DNA of 64,000 nt from Blastocystis sp. Blastoise (lineage: Eukaryota > Protista > Bigyra: Opalinata): contig JBBPEB010000014.1 in the NCBI GenBank assembly GCA_039096225.1, positions 1,302,001 to 1,366,000 on the forward strand. The letters run 5' to 3'. Of this stretch, positions 60,092 to 64,000 are shown piece after piece (the first letter of the stretch is position 1; each line of letters opens with the position of its first letter). The notes below the pieces were generated by a model. It searched no databases. It was not told the DNA's origin and worked only from the letters and a program-made list of their open reading frames with translations. The position numbers were made by a program, and so were the translations under genes.

Positions 60092-62396
60092 TATATCTAT
60101 AGAATAACTATTGTTAGTATCATCTAATATGGACTCTTACGTGTATTAACGCTTTAATTTGGAAATAAAATAATAGAAAAAGAACTGAAAAACATAAAAA
60201 ATTTTGTTTGTGAAGAAACCATAGTAACCATTCAATAGGATTAGGGTGATATATTGCTAACAATTGTGTCGAAAGAAAAATGTCTCTTTTTTTGACTGAA
60301 ATATCAATAATTAATATTCAGACTGAATCTGGATAATGCTTAAAAAGAAAAACTTGAATTCTTTATGGATAAAAAAAGAATTCGTTTTCTTCTAAAAAAA
60401 AAAGAATTTCTCTTTATGTAATATTTAGAAATTAATATTGAAAATAATGATTCAATGAAAGATAACTACTTTTTATTTATCATTAAAGAATCTGAAGCAA
60501 AGAGATCGATGATAAAATAGAATATAGTGTCATTTAGTCAAAATTCTTTATTTATGGTTATAGAACATGTAAAATGGTATGTTTTTGACGATATAGAATT
60601 GAATGAGATAATTTCAAAACACATAAGAACGTCGTTAAATCATTTATAAAACTATTTTATATAAATAAATTCTTTATTTTGATCAAATATGATTAGAGTA
60701 GTATAACTAAAGCTGAGAAATAGTATATGTAAAAAGTTAAGACGTTGAAAGTTAAGTAATAAATGAAATGAGTATTTTTTTCCAATTATAACTAGAAAAG
60801 AAAAATAGTTATGCCTATTATATAGTGCATATAAAGTTTTATAATATTTGAACAATGGAAATTACCAAAGCTAAAACAAAACACAAAATATAAGATAATA
60901 AAAGAATATTTTACAAGATATCCTTTATAGTTCTGAAAGGATAAATCTATTTAATAAAATAATGATATTTAGATTTCACTTGAATTCTCTTATTCAAATG
61001 AAAAAAAATATATAAAAAAAAATAATGAACACAAACAACTCTTTATAAATAGAAAGAGACTGTACAACATATATATATAATAAATAAAGAACAAATAAAA
61101 AACATAAGGTTTATACAATCCATTATGAATATATGAATTTAACAAAACATAATATATATATATATATATATATATTTAAAAATAAACGAATAATGAATGG
61201 AATAATCTATAAATTATATTATATACAAAGTATTTGAGTATAGTATAGTATAATATACACTAGATGGATTAGGATTATAATAACTAATATATAGAATAAT
61301 CTGTATATAAATAAAAATAATTACATGAAATAACGTTTATTCTTGTTGAAAGCTATTGATATATAATATATAAGAAAAAAGGTAGCATGATGATTATTGT
61401 AAATATAAATGATGATAACGAGATGAATAATAATGAATATAGAAGATAAGGAGTATGTATATAATGATTATAACAAAGACTATCTTGAAATAATAAATAC
61501 TATCATTAAAAAAAATAATTGTTTATGACAAATAAGATTTCTTTTTGGATAATAACTATAAGTAAATATATGTATATATATCTTATAAGAAAATAATGTA
61601 GAATAGAATACAACAATGAGAAAGAAAGAAAAAAAAGAAAATAAATATTTGATAAGAAATATCTATACATATAAAATAGCCTGTTATTATAAAGTTGAAA
61701 CTCAAATAAGTTCGAATAGAAATAAGAAGGTAAGGCATTAAAAATATTTTATACAATATAATTGTAAAATAAATATAATAAAAAAAAATAGAAAAAAAAT
61801 AAACATAAAAACGGAAAAATAATGAGTAATAAATAGGGTAATATAAGTATATAAATACTAACATATAAACATATAATATAAACAAAAAATAAAAACTTAT
61901 AAATTGAAAATGCTAAAAAAAGAAGAAAAGAGTCTATATAATAATTGAAAATAATAAGAAACTATTATATAAAGAGTATATAGAATGAAAACAGATATAG
62001 AATAATATAACATCTTTTTTGATTTAAAAAAAGATGGCGAAAAACATATATACTATATTCTATAGATAATTAAAGAATGTACAAATATATGATGAGAAAC
62101 ATATCATAAAAAAGGAGATAGAAAATGAAAACCAAATATAAGTTGAAAACTTCATAAAAGAAGATGAAGATGAAAAAATAATTGGATACAAGTATATAAA
62201 ATATGAAGATAGAAAAAAAATTGTATATTTAATATAGATATCATAGATTGAATTAGTAAAAAAAGAAAAATAACACCAAAGAGTATTAGGAAATAACAAT
62301 GATACATTATTATGCAAAAAAATAATAATATATAAAAAAAAAAACAAAACAAAAAAAAAACAAAAAAAAAAACTATTATCAAAAAAACTATATATA

Positions 62397-64000
62397 TTAT
62401 TGTATTTCGTTTGTTGGTTGACTATCATAAAGAGTTTGCTGACGATTTGAAATACGTTTATGATTTCGAAGAAACTTTTCTTTAGCTACCATTCGACAGA
62501 CCATAATTAAGAATATAAATAAGATTATACTAACACATAGTAATAATATAAATAGTAAACAATAAAAAATATAATTATTTGTAAATAATATTTCTTGAGA
62601 ATTCACAGTTATAGAACAATTTGAAAAACTAGAATTTCGTTCAATTAATAAGTTTAACAACATTTTATTAATAAAACTAGCAAATACAGATTTATAAAAA
62701 TCTTGTTGGTTTTCATTACATTGAATAACAATTAATAATTGTATTGATTTAATATCAATAGAAGAGATAGATTGAAGATTTAAGAAATCATAAGAAAGAT
62801 GAAGTTCATCAAAATATGTATAAAAAACATCTAATAATATACCTAAATGTTGTGAATCAAAGAAATCAATAGTTTTATTATAAAAATGAATAGGTATATT
62901 AATATATACATATCCAAAAAGAGGATAATTCTTAAGATTATGAAAACATAATGAAGTTGAAGATGATAACCAGATGGGATTTGTATTATTATATATACAT
63001 TGACGTGTCTTATAATGATAAGACGAAGTATCACAAGGAAGATAAGCTATAGTATTAATTTCAGTATTTGGCCAATCTTGATCTGATTCACATTCTAATA
63101 AAGGTACTAATATAGACATATAGACTATATTTGAAGCATCAGGATTCATAGCTGTAATAGTATATGTTATATATGGAGATACTTCTAGAGGAACACCTTC
63201 AATAGCACCTGTTATGTGATTTATTGTAAGACCAAGAGGTAACAAAGGAGTAATAGAAAATGATTGAACATAATTATATATAATAGGAGATAACGGAGGT
63301 AATCGAACTCCTTTATATATTATAATATATGTATTAGGATAAGAAATAACAGGTTTATTATATCGACATGTATTTGTGATATTCGACCATGTTGGTGGAT
63401 ATCCAGGAATACAATGTCGTAAGATATATCCAGTTTGAAAAGGATATCGACAAGAAATATTAAGGCTATTACCCATAACAGTTTCTTCAAAAAAATCATC
63501 TTTTTTACAAGAAAGACTATCAATAGTTATATATAAAGTAGCAATTGAACTATATAATTCATTTTTACAAAGAATAGAGTGTAATACTGCATAAGATGTA
63601 ACATTAGCTATTCCTGTAATAATACCGGTAGATGATATTACTAATCCTTTTGGAAGGTGAGGATATACAGTAATACTTGAACATATTCCATGAATAATAG
63701 GAACAAGATCTTGAATAGGTGCTAAATAAGTTAAATGTAAATAAGATATAGGATAGAGAATAGAAGGTTTTTCATATAAACATGCAGTTTCTCTTTCTGA
63801 CCAATGAGGATTATTTGAATAATACGAACATGATTGTGTTTGTATACCTATATATCCTGTAGGACAATATACAGATGTTGTTTCACCAACAAATGTTGAA
63901 GGCCATTGATTATAAGAATGACAAAAAGGAAAAGAAGATGTAACTTTTGGAATAATTGTAATACTTAGATTAATAGAAACTGTTTTATAATTATAAGTTT
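62397..64000 (-). CDS. Partial (5' end outside window) surface protein with alternating HRM-like Cys modules and He_PIG Ig-like domains, C-terminal TM
   Basis: Frame open from 63998; repeats C..WP.T..G......CP.GY.G.....C......W alternate with LP.GL.I...TG.I.G; TM near the C-terminus. Confidence 0.85.
   Translation of the reverse strand, partial: TYNYKTVSINLSITIIPKVTSSFPFCHSYNQWPSTFVGETTSVYCPTGYIGIQTQSCSYYSNNPHWSERETACLYEKPSILYPISYLHLTYLAPIQDLVPIIHGICSSITVYPHLPKGLVISSTGIITGIANVTSYAVLHSILCKNELYSSIATLYITIDSLSCKKDDFFEETVMGNSLNISCRYPFQTGYILRHCIPGYPPTWSNITNTCRYNKPVISYPNTYIIIYKGVRLPPLSPIIYNYVQSFSITPLLPLGLTINHITGAIEGVPLEVSPYITYTITAMNPDASNIVYMSILVPLLECESDQDWPNTEINTIAYLPCDTSSYHYKTRQCIYNNTNPIWLSSSTSLCFHNLKNYPLFGYVYINIPIHFYNKTIDFFDSQHLGILLDVFYTYFDELHLSYDFLNLQSISSIDIKSIQLLIVIQCNENQQDFYKSVFASFINKMLLNLLIERNSSFSNCSITVNSQEILFTNNYIFYCLLFILLLCVSIILFIFLIMVCRMVAKEKFLRNHKRISNRQQTLYDSQPTNEIQ

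Noticed and set aside
60100-62390. Hydrophobic ORFs in the AT-rich spacer (also 22600-24000 and 45200-46500)
   Set aside because: Composition-driven F/I/Y/L ORFs with no motifs or exon-like GC content; no transposon hallmarks seen.

Overview
Very AT-rich (roughly 20% GC), gene-dense, intron-rich eukaryotic nuclear DNA. It most resembles Blastocystis or a related anaerobic stramenopile, inferred from the HRM/He_PIG surface protein, TLDc gene, organelle-targeted bacterial RecA and GT-rich 3' motifs. I hand-spliced about 27 protein genes: RPLP0, a THEM4-like thioesterase, organellar RecA, GH2 beta-mannosidase, a mitochondrial carrier, TLDc, Fip1, eIF3d, SYF2, an organellar SWIB protein, bL25m, RLP7/uL30-like, mtRRF, a Rab5-like GTPase, a PRPP-synthetase-like protein, CCT6, TRAPPC3, CDC50, a GT77-like transferase, a SHAQKYF Myb, paralog pairs and a surface protein. 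Most ORF-track entries are intron microsatellite artefacts. The most notable signals concern splicing: an apparent U12-type intron that cannot end in AG (GT-AT) in mtRRF; further non-AG junctions in the thioesterase and carrier genes; a recA intron made of four back-to-back mini-introns; and an intron that is only G(TA)35G. Also notable is an organelle-targeted PRPP synthetase homolog that has lost its catalytic residues and carries a CxxCxxCxxxC exon. All models are manual, with no RNA evidence or database searches.
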